Position numbers and translations under genes: made by a program
In this document: positions 54,901 through 64,000 of the stretch, piece by piece
Layout: each line of letters opens with the position of its first letter
How positions within the stretch are numbered: the first letter of the stretch is position 1
Notes under the pieces: generated by a model
Databases searched by the model: none
What the model saw: the letters and a program-made list of their open reading frames with translations, nothing else
Told to the model about the DNA's origin: nothing
Origin: an uncultured Rickettsiales bacterium
GTDB taxonomy: Bacteria > Pseudomonadota > Alphaproteobacteria > Rs-D84
Direction: 5' to 3'
NCBI GenBank assembly: GCA_900550565.1
Contig: URSG01000002.1
Coordinates: forward strand, 5,123 to 69,122
DNA length: 64,000 nucleotides

Positions 54901-57683
54901 AAACCCCGATTGATATTCCAAACGCCGGTCGCACACTGCGCCTGGACACAGACGCCCCGGGAACATATTTTATCCAGATTCTGGACGCCGCCGATAAAAC
55001 ATTGGCCAACATTGAATATTTCGTTGCCGGCAATAAAAACACAGAACTAAAATCGGACACAAACGCAGAACTAAAAATAAAACTGTCGTCCACAGAATAC
55101 AAACCTGGCGAAAAAATCGCGGTCAGCATTACCGCCCCATACGCTGGAACGGGTCTGGTCACGATTGAACGCGACCGCGTCTATGCATACAAATGGTTTC
55201 ACGCAGACACAACGACATCGGTTCAACATATTACTGTTCCCGAAGGGTTTTCTGGCACCGGATATGTCAACGTTTCGTTTGTCCGCAATATCGCCAGTCG
55301 CGACGTTTTCACCAATCCATACGCGTATGCCGTTGCGCCATTTTCTGTCAATCTGGACGAACACAGAATAAATGTCAAACTGGCCACGCCTGATATTGTT
55401 CGCGATCACACGTTGAACATAAAATATACTGCCGACCGTGACGCGCGTATGATGATATTCGCCGTCAACACCGGTATATTACAGGTTGCAAAATACACCG
55501 TTCCACAACCACTGAAATACTTTTTCCAAAAATCCGCATTACAGGTCACGACGTTTCAGACCCTGTCGCTGTTATTGCCAGAATACAAAATCCTGCGCGA
55601 GTTCGCAAAAACAGGTGGTGGCGATTTCGCGTCTGATGCCGACGGCCAAATTTTGAACAATCCATTTGCACGACGTGGTCTGGCCCCGGTGGCGTTCTAT
55701 TCTGGTATTTTGGACGTTGCGGCAAACACACCTGGCGAAATAACGTTTGATTTGCCTGAATATTTTAATGGTGCTGTTCGCGTATTTGCCGTTGCAACTG
55801 ACGCCACCGCTATGGGCAGCGCAGACACAAACGTTCACGTTCAATCGCCGGTTGTTATATCAATGTCGGCACCAACCGTTGTTGCCCCAGGTGATAGGTT
55901 TAACATCAGTGGTGTTATTTCAAATCTGACCGATGGCACGGGCGCAAATGCAATCGCAAATATTTCTGTGCGCGCATCAGACAACCTGAAACTGGGTCAA
56001 ACATCGGGCAAAATCGCGGTGCCTGAAAACACTGAAAACCTGTTTATCACAGATGTTTTGACCGGCAACGACGTCGGCAATGCCCAGATAACAATGAACG
56101 CCGTAATCACATCTGACGGCGTGGCAAAATCTAATGCGATGGTCACATCTGATATATCTGTGCGCCCGACAACAACGTTCCAGACGACGGCGCGCACCGG
56201 GATATTGGGCGGCACGACAACCCACGTGCGCACTGCACCGACCAAGATGTTCCCAGACACCGCGTCACGCGAAATGATGATTTCTGGCAATGCGTCTGTG
56301 TTGATGCGCCCGTTGTTTTTGTATCTGAACGGGTATGATTTCCCCTGCACAGAACAACTGGTATCGGGGGCAATGCCATACGTTGTCGCGCCAAACGACG
56401 CAATCCTGGGGACGGGGTATTCTGATTCCCGCACCCATATTGATGACACAATACGCGCACTGCAATCGCGCCAGGCCCCAGACGGTTCATTTGAACTGTG
56501 GCCAAATACCGCGTCTGTTGACGTTGCAATCGCACGCAACACTGCCTACGATGCGATGGTTGCCGAAACAACCGCATACGTGGCCCAGTTTTTGACAATG
56601 GCGCGTGCCGCCGGGTTCAATGTCCCCAGTGATATGCACGGACGCGCGATTGACTTTCTGCGCGATTACGCTGGCGGAACAATTACCGACGACCAAAACG
56701 CACGTGCGGTTGCACACGCAATCTTTGTCATAACCCAGAACAATTTTGTCACAACTAATTACATAAATCTGTTCCAGGAATACGCCGACAAAAACATCAA
56801 GAATTGGCAACGTGATTTAATGGGAACATACATCGCCGCGGCGTATAAAATTATGCACCAAGACGCCCAGGCCGACGCCCTGATTGCAAAATATCGCACA
56901 TCTGATAAAAAATTTGAATATATTGGCGTGTTTGCAAACAATGTCGCGAACGACGCAATACACAACTATATCGTCCGCCATTATTTTAACGAAACGCCAG
57001 ATATTACCACCAGTATGCAAAAATATATTGATGGCGGAAATTATGATTCGTTCACCGCTGCGATGACAATTATGGGATTGCACGGCACAACATCAGACGG
57101 AATAATTTCTGGCATATCGGTTGTCGCCGACGGGGAAAAATTACACGGCAAAATTGTTGATAATTATTTCAGCGTGCAAATCCCGAACGACGCATCACGC
57201 ATTGAAATAAAATGCCCTGGGTGCACAGACAATGCCACGCCGTATTATTCGTTGATTTCACGCGGATATCCAACCAGCACCACTGACGCATCAAACGGCA
57301 TATCCGTCTTGCGCGAATATTTTGACAGCACCGGGGAACGGATAACATCTGGGAACATCGGTGACATTGTGACTGTTCGCATTTTTGCGCGCGCCCGTGG
57401 CACAGATTTTGTTCCAAATGTCGCGATTACTGATTTGTTGCCGGGCGGATTTGTCGTTGACGGCGACGTCACCGGGAACGCCACATTTACCCAGGTTCGT
57501 GACGACCGCGTCGTTGTCTTTGCCGACGTATCACGCAGTGGCGAAACATTTGAATACCGTGCGCAACTGACCACATCGGGCGAATTCAATGTGCCACCAA
57601 TTCACGCAGAATCTATGTATAATCCAGGCGTGAACGCAACCGGGGACGCAGAAAAATTCACCGTGAAAAATGAAACGCACTAG
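51933..57683 (+). CDS. Alpha-2-macroglobulin-family protein (YfhM/ECAM-like), 1916 aa
   Basis: Multiple MG domains; thioester-type motif PCTEQL; C-terminal receptor-binding-like domain. Confidence 0.9.
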   Translation: MKKNSRTRKTNKRIPSRKWRRIIIAVVATFITVTAGAVLWRAVSHKSANTTVMHASVPEISAVRFTDDGTVLFGANDIPTVNNNRTMSEIMPLTISYNWMSGPYQRAIKPNLSQSDIDNGIKISPLVRGTFKIQGGGDEITFTPTVDWPADTDFTVRIDKRLFNDDVSVDKKTISFTTPKITATVSSFNLYPAPDAKQSVVGVAVISFNYPIDTANFTDKILVKLDDRKLDFDVKLDKFHRTAVITTAPIKITNSSQIVRLKLNRVSPASGDGATKKLTAHTTVESADNIFKVASITTTAADDTNGNARQLVLVDMTTAAARNTDWAKNVDIYLLPEFKNDDEQADNRTHHWGADEITDDVLKSAQKLDTTRTEFVNPAGVYQYAFPYEVSDTRDRFIYVRVTAGLKSESGFTMKNTASSVMAVPYPPRTVKIAGSGALLSLGGDKNLAIMARGGATAAYVNLYKIKSSEINHLISQTYNIFSENIAFKSWSFGTDDMSVVFTKKITFSDTSMTHTNYASINLGDYLDRTNDKTGIFVIQTGPDENSADSSDRRLILLTDLGIIRKVSTSDASALFVVQLSDGAPATDTEISVLGRNGNAVWAGRTDENGRADLPTLSPNEYRGAREPVAIVARRGTDVSFIPYNAGAPMVDYSKFDVDGVYSYGNVPLNAFIFTDRGIYRAGEKMIIGGIVKNKSFKSLAGIPVRMEIRDPRGRDSFSKTFSVTHDGMFDTRYEIPATAATGEYQVHLYSLDARNNIDNTLGGTTFRVADFVPDNLKISTNITDASDNGWISPENMHANVSLRNLFGTAATDKRISVQATLRPTNFTFSGYSDYKFTTNFISGTGLSDSTARNAQTFSVDLPDVRTDENGAASFDIAFNDSIPMGTYTLSIIAQGFEGDSGRSVRATATTRVSGAKYLVGYRATGDLDYISRGATRSVHLIALDHTGTAATATGLRMRLVRRENLTSLVKDYSGYYKYQTVTRDKVINQTPIDIPNAGRTLRLDTDAPGTYFIQILDAADKTLANIEYFVAGNKNTELKSDTNAELKIKLSSTEYKPGEKIAVSITAPYAGTGLVTIERDRVYAYKWFHADTTTSVQHITVPEGFSGTGYVNVSFVRNIASRDVFTNPYAYAVAPFSVNLDEHRINVKLATPDIVRDHTLNIKYTADRDARMMIFAVNTGILQVAKYTVPQPLKYFFQKSALQVTTFQTLSLLLPEYKILREFAKTGGGDFASDADGQILNNPFARRGLAPVAFYSGILDVAANTPGEITFDLPEYFNGAVRVFAVATDATAMGSADTNVHVQSPVVISMSAPTVVAPGDRFNISGVISNLTDGTGANAIANISVRASDNLKLGQTSGKIAVPENTENLFITDVLTGNDVGNAQITMNAVITSDGVAKSNAMVTSDISVRPTTTFQTTARTGILGGTTTHVRTAPTKMFPDTASREMMISGNASVLMRPLFLYLNGYDFPCTEQLVSGAMPYVVAPNDAILGTGYSDSRTHIDDTIRALQSRQAPDGSFELWPNTASVDVAIARNTAYDAMVAETTAYVAQFLTMARAAGFNVPSDMHGRAIDFLRDYAGGTITDDQNARAVAHAIFVITQNNFVTTNYINLFQEYADKNIKNWQRDLMGTYIAAAYKIMHQDAQADALIAKYRTSDKKFEYIGVFANNVANDAIHNYIVRHYFNETPDITTSMQKYIDGGNYDSFTAAMTIMGLHGTTSDGIISGISVVADGEKLHGKIVDNYFSVQIPNDASRIEIKCPGCTDNATPYYSLISRGYPTSTTDASNGISVLREYFDSTGERITSGNIGDIVTVRIFARARGTDFVPNVAITDLLPGGFVVDGDVTGNATFTQVRDDRVVVFADVSRSGETFEYRAQLTTSGEFNVPPIHAESMYNPGVNATGDAEKFTVKNETH

Positions 57684-60069
57684 TTTGATTATTCATCGCA
57701 TTTGGCAACATATACGTCGTCATCGCGTGGCGTATGCCTGTGTTGCCGGCGTGCTGGTTGTATATTGGACGGTGCGATTGTTTTTTACACCACCACTGTT
57801 GGCGCACACACATTTTTCAACCGCGTATTACGACCGAAATGGTAATTTAATGCGTCTGACATTGTCGGCCGATGATAAATACAGATTATTCACCCCATTG
57901 AATAAAATCAGTCCTGACATCGCCCGCGCCACCATTTTATATGAAGATAAATATTTCTGGTATCACCCGGGCATAAACCCAGTGTCTCTGGCCAAGGCCA
58001 CCGTGAATTGGTTTCGTGGCACGCCCCACCCGGCCGGCGCATCAACAATCACAATGCAGGTTGCACGAATATTATATAACCTGGACACGCGTCGCCCTGT
58101 TGGAAAACTGGAACAAATTGCCGCCGCGATTTATATTGACGCATTTTATTCCAAGCGCGAAATTCTGGAAACATATTTAAACCTGGCGCCGTATGGCGGC
58201 AACATAGAAGGCGTCGGTGCGGCGGCACTGGTATATTTTCATCATCGCGCCCAAGATATGCCAACCATAGAATCAATTACCCTGGCGACAATTCCGCAAA
58301 ATCCGACGCGTCGTGGTCTGAACACGAATACAGGTCTGAACAATATTATGAATATGCGTGGCGATTTGGTGCGACGTTGGGTTGCCGCAAACCCAGATGA
58401 CGCCCATCTGGTGACATTGGCCGAAATGCCATTGAACACATATAACGTGCGCGATTTACCGTTTGATGCCCCACATTTCACAGACCGCCAAATTGCCACA
58501 CGACAAAATTATTGGGCTGACATTGGCGCGCGCAATTCAGAAATCAGAACGACGCTGGACATAAATCTGCAAAAACGATTGACCCAGACACTGCGCCAGC
58601 AAATTGCGCGACGAAAATCCCACGGCGTCAATAATGCTGCGGCGATTTTGGTCAACTATAAAACCATGCAGGTTTTAGCGCACATCGGTTCGGTTGATTA
58701 TTTTGATAAATCTATTTTTGGCGAAAACGACGGCGTCACCGCACGACGCAGTCCGGGTTCAACCCTGAAACCATTGATATACGCCGCCGCCACCGACCGC
58801 GGTATGATTCACGGTATGACATTATTGCGCGACGCGAAAATCAGTTTTGGGGTATATGCCCCTGAAAATTCAGACAGTGAATTTTACGGCCCAGTGCTGG
58901 CGCATACTGCATTGACACATTCGCGAAATATCCCGGCGATTGATTTACTGCGCAAAATAGGCGTGCGAAATTTCTATCAAATGTTGTCTGATTACGGGGT
59001 TGAAAATCTGAAATCGCCCGACCATTATGGCATATCAATCGCCCTGGGTGGGGCCGAGGTTTCAATGTTCGAACTGGCCGGAATATACACAGGCATTGCG
59101 AACCTGGGCCGGCATTATGCAATTCGCACAAACCTGGACACGCCACTGTCGCGTGGGGTGCAAATCCTGTCGCCCGAGGCGAACTTTCTGACGCTGGATA
59201 TGTTGGCGCGTCAATCTGCGCCCAGTGCCGCATTACCATTTGAACGTCGCACAACATCACAAATCCGCCACTATTGGAAAACAGGCACATCATCATCATA
59301 TCGCGACGCCTGGACGGCCGGGATATTTGGCGACTATGTTTTAATTGTCTGGGTTGGGAATTTTGACGGCACACCAAACAACGCGTTTTCAGGGGCGCGC
59401 ACGGCCGCACCAATTTATTTCGCATTGGCCGATACCGTCGCGTCATACGACGCCGCCCGTGGTCACCCGATACAGAACAATAATTTTCTGCGCGATGATA
59501 TGAACGTCGCATTGGTGCCTATGTGCGACGGCGTTGGCGGTTTGGCCGGGCAACACTGTTCCAAAACTGTTTATTCATATTTTATCCCAGGTGTATCGCC
59601 CATTGACACATCGCCAATTTATCGTGCAGTTGCGATTGATAACGCGACCGGATTGCGCGCATGCGACGCATCGCCAGACACGACGCATACGGCGGTCTAT
59701 GAATTTTGGGACGCAGAATATCTGGATATGTTCCGACGCGCCGGCGTCACGCGCAACACCCCACCCCCATTTATGCCCGGGTGCAATCTGGACGAAATCG
59801 TTGACGCCAATCCAACAAACGTAATTATATCCCCTATCGCAGACACCCGAATCGTAATTACCGACAATCGCGACATTGCCGACGTATCGTTTCAGGCAAT
59901 TTCTACGCGCAACGACGCAACAATATTTTGGTTTGTTGATGATGACTTTATCGGCAAAACCCGGTCGGGCGAAATTATTTCGCGCCCAATAAAAATGGGG
60001 ACGCACACCGTCCGAACATCTGATGCACTGGGCAACGCCGGTCGCACAGAATTCAGCGTAATTAAATAA
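57670..60069 (+). CDS. pbpC: Penicillin-binding protein 1C (GT51 transglycosylase plus transpeptidase)
   Basis: TILYEDKYFWYHPGINP (GT51), STLKP (SxxK), C-terminal PbpC domain. Overlaps the A2M stop, as in the conserved yfhM-pbpC pair. Confidence 0.9.
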   Translation: MKRTSLIIHRIWQHIRRHRVAYACVAGVLVVYWTVRLFFTPPLLAHTHFSTAYYDRNGNLMRLTLSADDKYRLFTPLNKISPDIARATILYEDKYFWYHPGINPVSLAKATVNWFRGTPHPAGASTITMQVARILYNLDTRRPVGKLEQIAAAIYIDAFYSKREILETYLNLAPYGGNIEGVGAAALVYFHHRAQDMPTIESITLATIPQNPTRRGLNTNTGLNNIMNMRGDLVRRWVAANPDDAHLVTLAEMPLNTYNVRDLPFDAPHFTDRQIATRQNYWADIGARNSEIRTTLDINLQKRLTQTLRQQIARRKSHGVNNAAAILVNYKTMQVLAHIGSVDYFDKSIFGENDGVTARRSPGSTLKPLIYAAATDRGMIHGMTLLRDAKISFGVYAPENSDSEFYGPVLAHTALTHSRNIPAIDLLRKIGVRNFYQMLSDYGVENLKSPDHYGISIALGGAEVSMFELAGIYTGIANLGRHYAIRTNLDTPLSRGVQILSPEANFLTLDMLARQSAPSAALPFERRTTSQIRHYWKTGTSSSYRDAWTAGIFGDYVLIVWVGNFDGTPNNAFSGARTAAPIYFALADTVASYDAARGHPIQNNNFLRDDMNVALVPMCDGVGGLAGQHCSKTVYSYFIPGVSPIDTSPIYRAVAIDNATGLRACDASPDTTHTAVYEFWDAEYLDMFRRAGVTRNTPPPFMPGCNLDEIVDANPTNVIISPIADTRIVITDNRDIADVSFQAISTRNDATIFWFVDDDFIGKTRSGEIISRPIKMGTHTVRTSDALGNAGRTEFSVIK

Positions 60070-60101
60070 AAAACCGGCGCACATTGCCACGCCGGCATAC
60101 A

Positions 60102-60971
60102 CTACATCAAATCAAATTTTGTTATATAGTTAAACGACACCCCGATGATAAAATTACTGCCATAAACATCGGTGGCACGTGCCTTGGCCAGGCGATATTG
60201 CAGATACGGCCCCATCGTAAAACTGGACCACAAATTTGTATCCAATCGCAATACCGCCGACAAATCACGTTCCAAATCTGTGCCGACATAATCAGAATAA
60301 TGCAAGTATTCACGATAATAACCATTGCTGGAAAATTTCACACCATCGCGCACCGCGTATTCCAGACGCCAGCCGGCTTCTATACCGGTTTTGCTGGTCT
60401 GGGCGTGTCCGTATGTAAAATCATATTCATACAGTCCTGTTGCATATAAACTTTTCAAAATCTTGTGGTCAAACAGGGCCAAACCGGCACTGGCACGGGC
60501 AATTTGCTGACGCGGTGCATCGTGATTATCTTCAAATTGTGTATCGTATGCACCACGAAGCGTCGGCCCGAATTTCAGTCCTGAAAAATCCCAGCACGCG
60601 TGCGATGCATCACTGGTAAATTCAATTTTATCCGCATTTTGGTCAACTGTCTTGGGGCCATCATAGGGTTTCAGTGTCGTTTTACCGTATTCCATAAACA
60701 GGCCATTATCCCATTTGAAACGCCTGTGATTATATTCCAACACGACATCAGATATGCCCTTGATATAATCCTGGCTGGACGCATTCAGTGCCGACACCGG
60801 CGAATCCGCATATTGACGTGCATTTGTGACCGTGGTCTTGGACAATTCCAACCCCATACGACGAATATTTAATTTCAGTGTTTTTGGTGCCGGTTCAATA
60901 TCCAGCACATCATCTGCGTGCGCAACCATTGGCGACAACGCCATAAATAGAACTAACGATAATTTTTTCAC
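60102..60971 (-). CDS. Secreted/outer-membrane hypothetical protein
   Basis: Signal peptide MKKLSLVLFMALSPMVAHA; aromatic-rich beta-strand-like C-terminus ending ...KFDLM. Confidence 0.55.
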   Translation of the reverse strand: MKKLSLVLFMALSPMVAHADDVLDIEPAPKTLKLNIRRMGLELSKTTVTNARQYADSPVSALNASSQDYIKGISDVVLEYNHRRFKWDNGLFMEYGKTTLKPYDGPKTVDQNADKIEFTSDASHACWDFSGLKFGPTLRGAYDTQFEDNHDAPRQQIARASAGLALFDHKILKSLYATGLYEYDFTYGHAQTSKTGIEAGWRLEYAVRDGVKFSSNGYYREYLHYSDYVGTDLERDLSAVLRLDTNLWSSFTMGPYLQYRLAKARATDVYGSNFIIGVSFNYITKFDLM

Positions 60972-61043
60972 GATTTTCTTTCCTTATAGCGATTGGCAAT
61001 TTATAAAAATTTTATACAAAGTCAAGGAATTCTTGCCCGCAAT

Positions 61044-61661
61044 TTATCGTGCAATTCGCAGCGTGCCATTATCGTCGGCAACACGCCACCCAGAACCGCG
61101 CAACGCCGATGAAAACTCGCGACGTGCCGCGACCGGCAATTCTATTGTGACCGTCCTTGCGTTTATATATTTTGTTTTCAAATCAATTTTTTCTGTGCGT
61201 GCGATATTCTGTAATTCAATCCAGTTCGCCATTGGATCTGACAGCGTGGCAATAACAACAAACGTATCCCCAGACGCACTGTTTGGCAACCAATTTTGCA
61301 CACCGTTTGCGTTCAACCAATTTGTCGCCGCCGTCGCGTCAATCGTCATAGAAATTGTCGCTGAATATGTTGTATCCGATTGCTGTTCCCCAGAAATTTC
61401 TGTTGACGCAATCAGGTTTTGCAAATCCGACGGTTTTGATTCCGAGATTGCTGATTGCAGTTGGTCTGGCAGCGTATATTGCGACAGCGCATCATTGATA
61501 ATTTGACGACGCGCAGACGCCAACGCCATATTTTTTGCGGTGGCGGCGGTATCACTGGTGACATTCACCGTTGCCACCCCACCCAGGTTTGCGGCATTTG
61601 CCACCCCGGCCACAATCGCCAGCGCTGCACCAATAAACACAGAACGAAAACTTGCCAACAT
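61044..61661 (-). CDS. Secreted hypothetical protein
   Basis: Signal peptide MLASFRSVFIGAALAIVAGVANA. Start taken at the internal Met to avoid overlap with the upstream gene. Confidence 0.5.
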   Translation of the reverse strand: MLASFRSVFIGAALAIVAGVANAANLGGVATVNVTSDTAATAKNMALASARRQIINDALSQYTLPDQLQSAISESKPSDLQNLIASTEISGEQQSDTTYSATISMTIDATAATNWLNANGVQNWLPNSASGDTFVVIATLSDPMANWIELQNIARTEKIDLKTKYINARTVTIELPVAARREFSSALRGSGWRVADDNGTLRIAR

Positions 61662-61674
61662 TACACAACCTTTA

Positions 61675-63183
61675 TCAGAACCGGGCATTTACGCCAACGC
61701 GAATTCCCATTGATTTATAGAACGAATCGATTTCCTTGGACGCACTGCATTTCCAACCACTGCATTGCGATTCCAGGTTTTTAATGCTGATTGCGGTTTC
61801 GTCCCCAGCGGTCCCAGGAACCTGTCCTAACATCGCTTTTTCTGCATCTGCGTCTGTGGCATAGCCTGGATGTTCGGTCTTCCATTTTTCAAACACTTTG
61901 TTATACAAATCCGTATAATACGCGCCATTCAGATATGTTGTCGCGTCCGCGTCGCTGACGGTATAGTAATCGTATGTCAGCCCCAACGACAGCGACACTG
62001 AATTTGTTATCGCGGTCACCCAATTTGCACCCAGGCCAAAATGCACTGCACTGCCGATACTGGCCTTGTCTTCTACGCTTTTTGGATGCGCCCAGTCAAA
62101 ACGATACGGCTGGTCACCAACGGATTTATATCCTGGCAACCCCAATTCCACGCGCCCATTGACCGAATTATTTGCGTTTATCAGATAATTCATATCCAAC
62201 GCCAAATATGGCCCTGACCATTCAACCTCGTATGAATGGGATACGCCTGGCTGTTGATAATAATACGTTCCCTGGCTGTCAACATATTCTGCATTTGGCG
62301 CGACTTCCATTTTCCCAGTCACACTGTCGCGCCACAAAATCTGTTGTTTGCCATCAGACAATTCAACAACTATCGCCGGGTCGCATTGGATTTCATCACT
62401 GCCTTCTATTTTAAAGCACGCCGCCGTATCAACTGACAGTCCGTAATTTTTCTTGGTTTCCAATTTATATTTGAAATAACGATACCCCAACGACGGTGTC
62501 ACACGCACATTGCCCCACTTAAAGAAATCAGTCAGTCCAAATCCGGCGTTAAATCCATACATATCACCGCCCTTGCTGGTTCCGACCGACAATGCGTGGC
62601 CAATTTGATCACCAATAACCTCGTTCGCTTCATTCACCCAGCGTGTGACGAAATACCCACCATCGGTAATATCGTCGTCAACCATACTGCTGTCGCCGTA
62701 TTGCATACCGTATTTGAATCCGGCGTCAATTTGCATTTTTGTGTTGCCTGCGTCAAAAACGTATCCACCACGCAAATCCCACACGTTCCAACTGACATTA
62801 TCATAATGCAGTTTTGACGATGATTCCTTCATTTCAAAATGCCACATCGCATTTTCGTGCGAAATCCCGGCGTCCAGCCAGAACCCATTTTTATTAGACG
62901 CAGTCGTTGTGGTCGGTTGCGCATTGGTACGTGCGACGTTCACCTGGCCCGTTCTGGTGCCGACGGTTGGCCGCGTTGACGAATATGCCGAATATCCTGT
63001 TGTGTTATAGTTGCGCGTCTGGGTCGTATTTGCACCGTATCCGCGCGACGCATACGATTGCGTGTTATAGCGCATCTGGGGCGACTGGTAATTCCCGGTA
63101 TAGTATGTCCCAGCGGCATTTGCGGCCACCGGCAACATCGCAATCAGTGACGCGCGCAATAAAAATTTCGGCAATTTTGTCAT
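61675..63183 (-). CDS. Outer-membrane beta-barrel protein (hypothetical)
   Basis: Signal peptide; Asn/Thr/Tyr-rich region; alternating-aromatic strands; C-terminal ...RVGVNARF. Confidence 0.6.
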   Translation of the reverse strand: MTKLPKFLLRASLIAMLPVAANAAGTYYTGNYQSPQMRYNTQSYASRGYGANTTQTRNYNTTGYSAYSSTRPTVGTRTGQVNVARTNAQPTTTTASNKNGFWLDAGISHENAMWHFEMKESSSKLHYDNVSWNVWDLRGGYVFDAGNTKMQIDAGFKYGMQYGDSSMVDDDITDGGYFVTRWVNEANEVIGDQIGHALSVGTSKGGDMYGFNAGFGLTDFFKWGNVRVTPSLGYRYFKYKLETKKNYGLSVDTAACFKIEGSDEIQCDPAIVVELSDGKQQILWRDSVTGKMEVAPNAEYVDSQGTYYYQQPGVSHSYEVEWSGPYLALDMNYLINANNSVNGRVELGLPGYKSVGDQPYRFDWAHPKSVEDKASIGSAVHFGLGANWVTAITNSVSLSLGLTYDYYTVSDADATTYLNGAYYTDLYNKVFEKWKTEHPGYATDADAEKAMLGQVPGTAGDETAISIKNLESQCSGWKCSASKEIDSFYKSMGIRVGVNARF

Positions 63184-63277
63184 ATTAAAAATCCTTACCT
63201 TTACAATTTCACCTATATGGTATCACAAAAACGGTTGAAAAACAAACCACATATTGATAAGAATATAGACACACCGT

Positions 63278-63362
63278 GCGAGCATGGCGGAATTGGTATA
63301 CGCGCAGCACTAAGGATGCTGTGGTGCAAACCTTGGGGGTTCAAGTCCCCCTGCTCGCACCA
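63278..63362 (+). tRNA. tRNA-Leu, type II; anticodon reads AAG
   Basis: GCGAGCA TG GCG G AATTGGTAT A CGC G CAGCA CTAAGGA TGCTG (long variable arm) GGGGG TTCAAGT CCCCC TGCTCGC A CCA. Perfect 5-bp anticodon stem puts A-A-G at positions 34-36 with U33 and G37. Confidence 0.8.
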
Positions 63363-63425
63363 AGAATTTCTTATTTTTCCCTTGCCCGGGATTCTGTAAT
63401 TTTGCTAACATTGACATATAAAAGA

Positions 63426-64000
63426 ATGAAAGGAATCAAAGTCTTTTTTGCCACATGCCTGATGTTGGTATCTTTTTTGCCATCATGGGCGACCGATGGC
63501 GACGATGTCGCACGCGCTGGGACGCGTCGCACGCCGGGTGCTGTTGCGTCAAATAATCGTGGCAATGCGACGGGAACTGCGCCAACAACATCGGTGGCCA
63601 CATCACGAATTGCAACGGGCCTGGGCGCGGCAAACGCCCCCACTGTGCGTAATCGCAATACAACGGGCGCGAACACGACAATGCGCGGTGCTGGCACAAC
63701 AAACATTACACGCACCGCGGTATCACAGCGCAGCGCGACATCCGCAACTGCACCACGCGCAACCACCACGCGCACGGCAACCGTATCGCGCGCAACCACC
63801 ACGCCGGCGCGCGCCCCAATATCGCGCAGTGCGACAAATCGGGCGACAACACGCACGACGTCTGTGTCACGTGCGGCAATATCACGCGCGGCAACAACTG
63901 ATACGCAAAAAAAACTGACTGCGGACAACGTCATCAGTCGCGATTACAAAAAATGTCGCGAGGTTTATTATAACTGTATGGACGAATTCTGTGCGAACAA
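63426..64000 (+). CDS. Secreted T/R/A-rich repeat protein with a Cys-rich C-terminal domain, 3' end off-window; paralogue of 25925-26728
   Basis: Manual translation: MKGIKVFFATCLMLVSFLPSWA (signal peptide), a T/R/A-rich tract, then ...DYKKCREVYYNCMDEFCAN. Not in the ORF track because there is no stop in the window. Confidence 0.6.
   Translation, partial: MKGIKVFFATCLMLVSFLPSWATDGDDVARAGTRRTPGAVASNNRGNATGTAPTTSVATSRIATGLGAANAPTVRNRNTTGANTTMRGAGTTNITRTAVSQRSATSATAPRATTTRTATVSRATTTPARAPISRSATNRATTRTTSVSRAAISRAATTDTQKKLTADNVISRDYKKCREVYYNCMDEFCAN

Noticed and set aside
63371-63934. 187-aa minus-strand ORF with RD/VVAR repeats, and the 140-aa plus-strand ORF at 63496-63918
   Set aside because: Both are alternative frames over the GC-rich repeat DNA of the genuine plus-strand gene starting at 63426, which has a signal peptide and a C-terminal domain paralogous to 25925-26728.
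1-64000. CRISPR arrays, integrases, transposases, prophage genes
   Set aside because: No regularly spaced direct repeats and no recombinase-like ORFs were seen anywhere in the window. The tandem repeats present are intragenic protein repeats (43045-43092; about 43690-44160).

Overview
This looks like a chromosomal segment of a Gram-negative bacterium, probably a proteobacterium; CarD/CdnL, LptC/LptB, BamE and an A2M-PbpC pair are consistent with that. Most of it is a housekeeping backbone: leuS (partial), tlyA, mscL, aroK, prfA, hisS, tkt, rnhA, rlmE, uvrA, dusB, ftsB, tspO, ssb, rho, lptB, PFOR, ctpA, tyrS, tsf, rpsB, alpha-2-macroglobulin and pbpC. Three tRNA genes are present: Arg-TCT, Pro-TGG and a Leu gene whose anticodon reads AAG. 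Several visibly lower-GC patches interrupt the backbone. The first is a 2.8-kb islet next to tRNA-Arg carrying a UvrD-like SF1 helicase and a small 2-TM protein, preceded by a leader that folds into mutually exclusive terminator and antiterminator hairpins. The second is a HExxH protein and a compact small-gene unit next to tRNA-Pro, where several partial copies of the tRNA 3' half persist. The third is a translationally coupled pair of a Doc/Fic-like protein with a degenerate motif and an APH-like kinase. Other notable structures: a 34-bp perfect inverted repeat bracketing a signal-peptide mini-ORF that is ATGA-coupled to a T/R-repeat Cys-rich protein, which has a paralogue at the window end; a ~0.9-kb nearly T/G-free A+C tract; a standalone Ffh M-domain ORF; an MscL with a Cys4 extension; a recurring TGTGATATAAT extended -10 module placed for leaderless transcripts; and a cluster of secreted Cys-rich and BspA-like LRR proteins. 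I found no CRISPR array, integrase or transposase. All calls rest on reading the sequence and on remembered family signatures; no database search was run.
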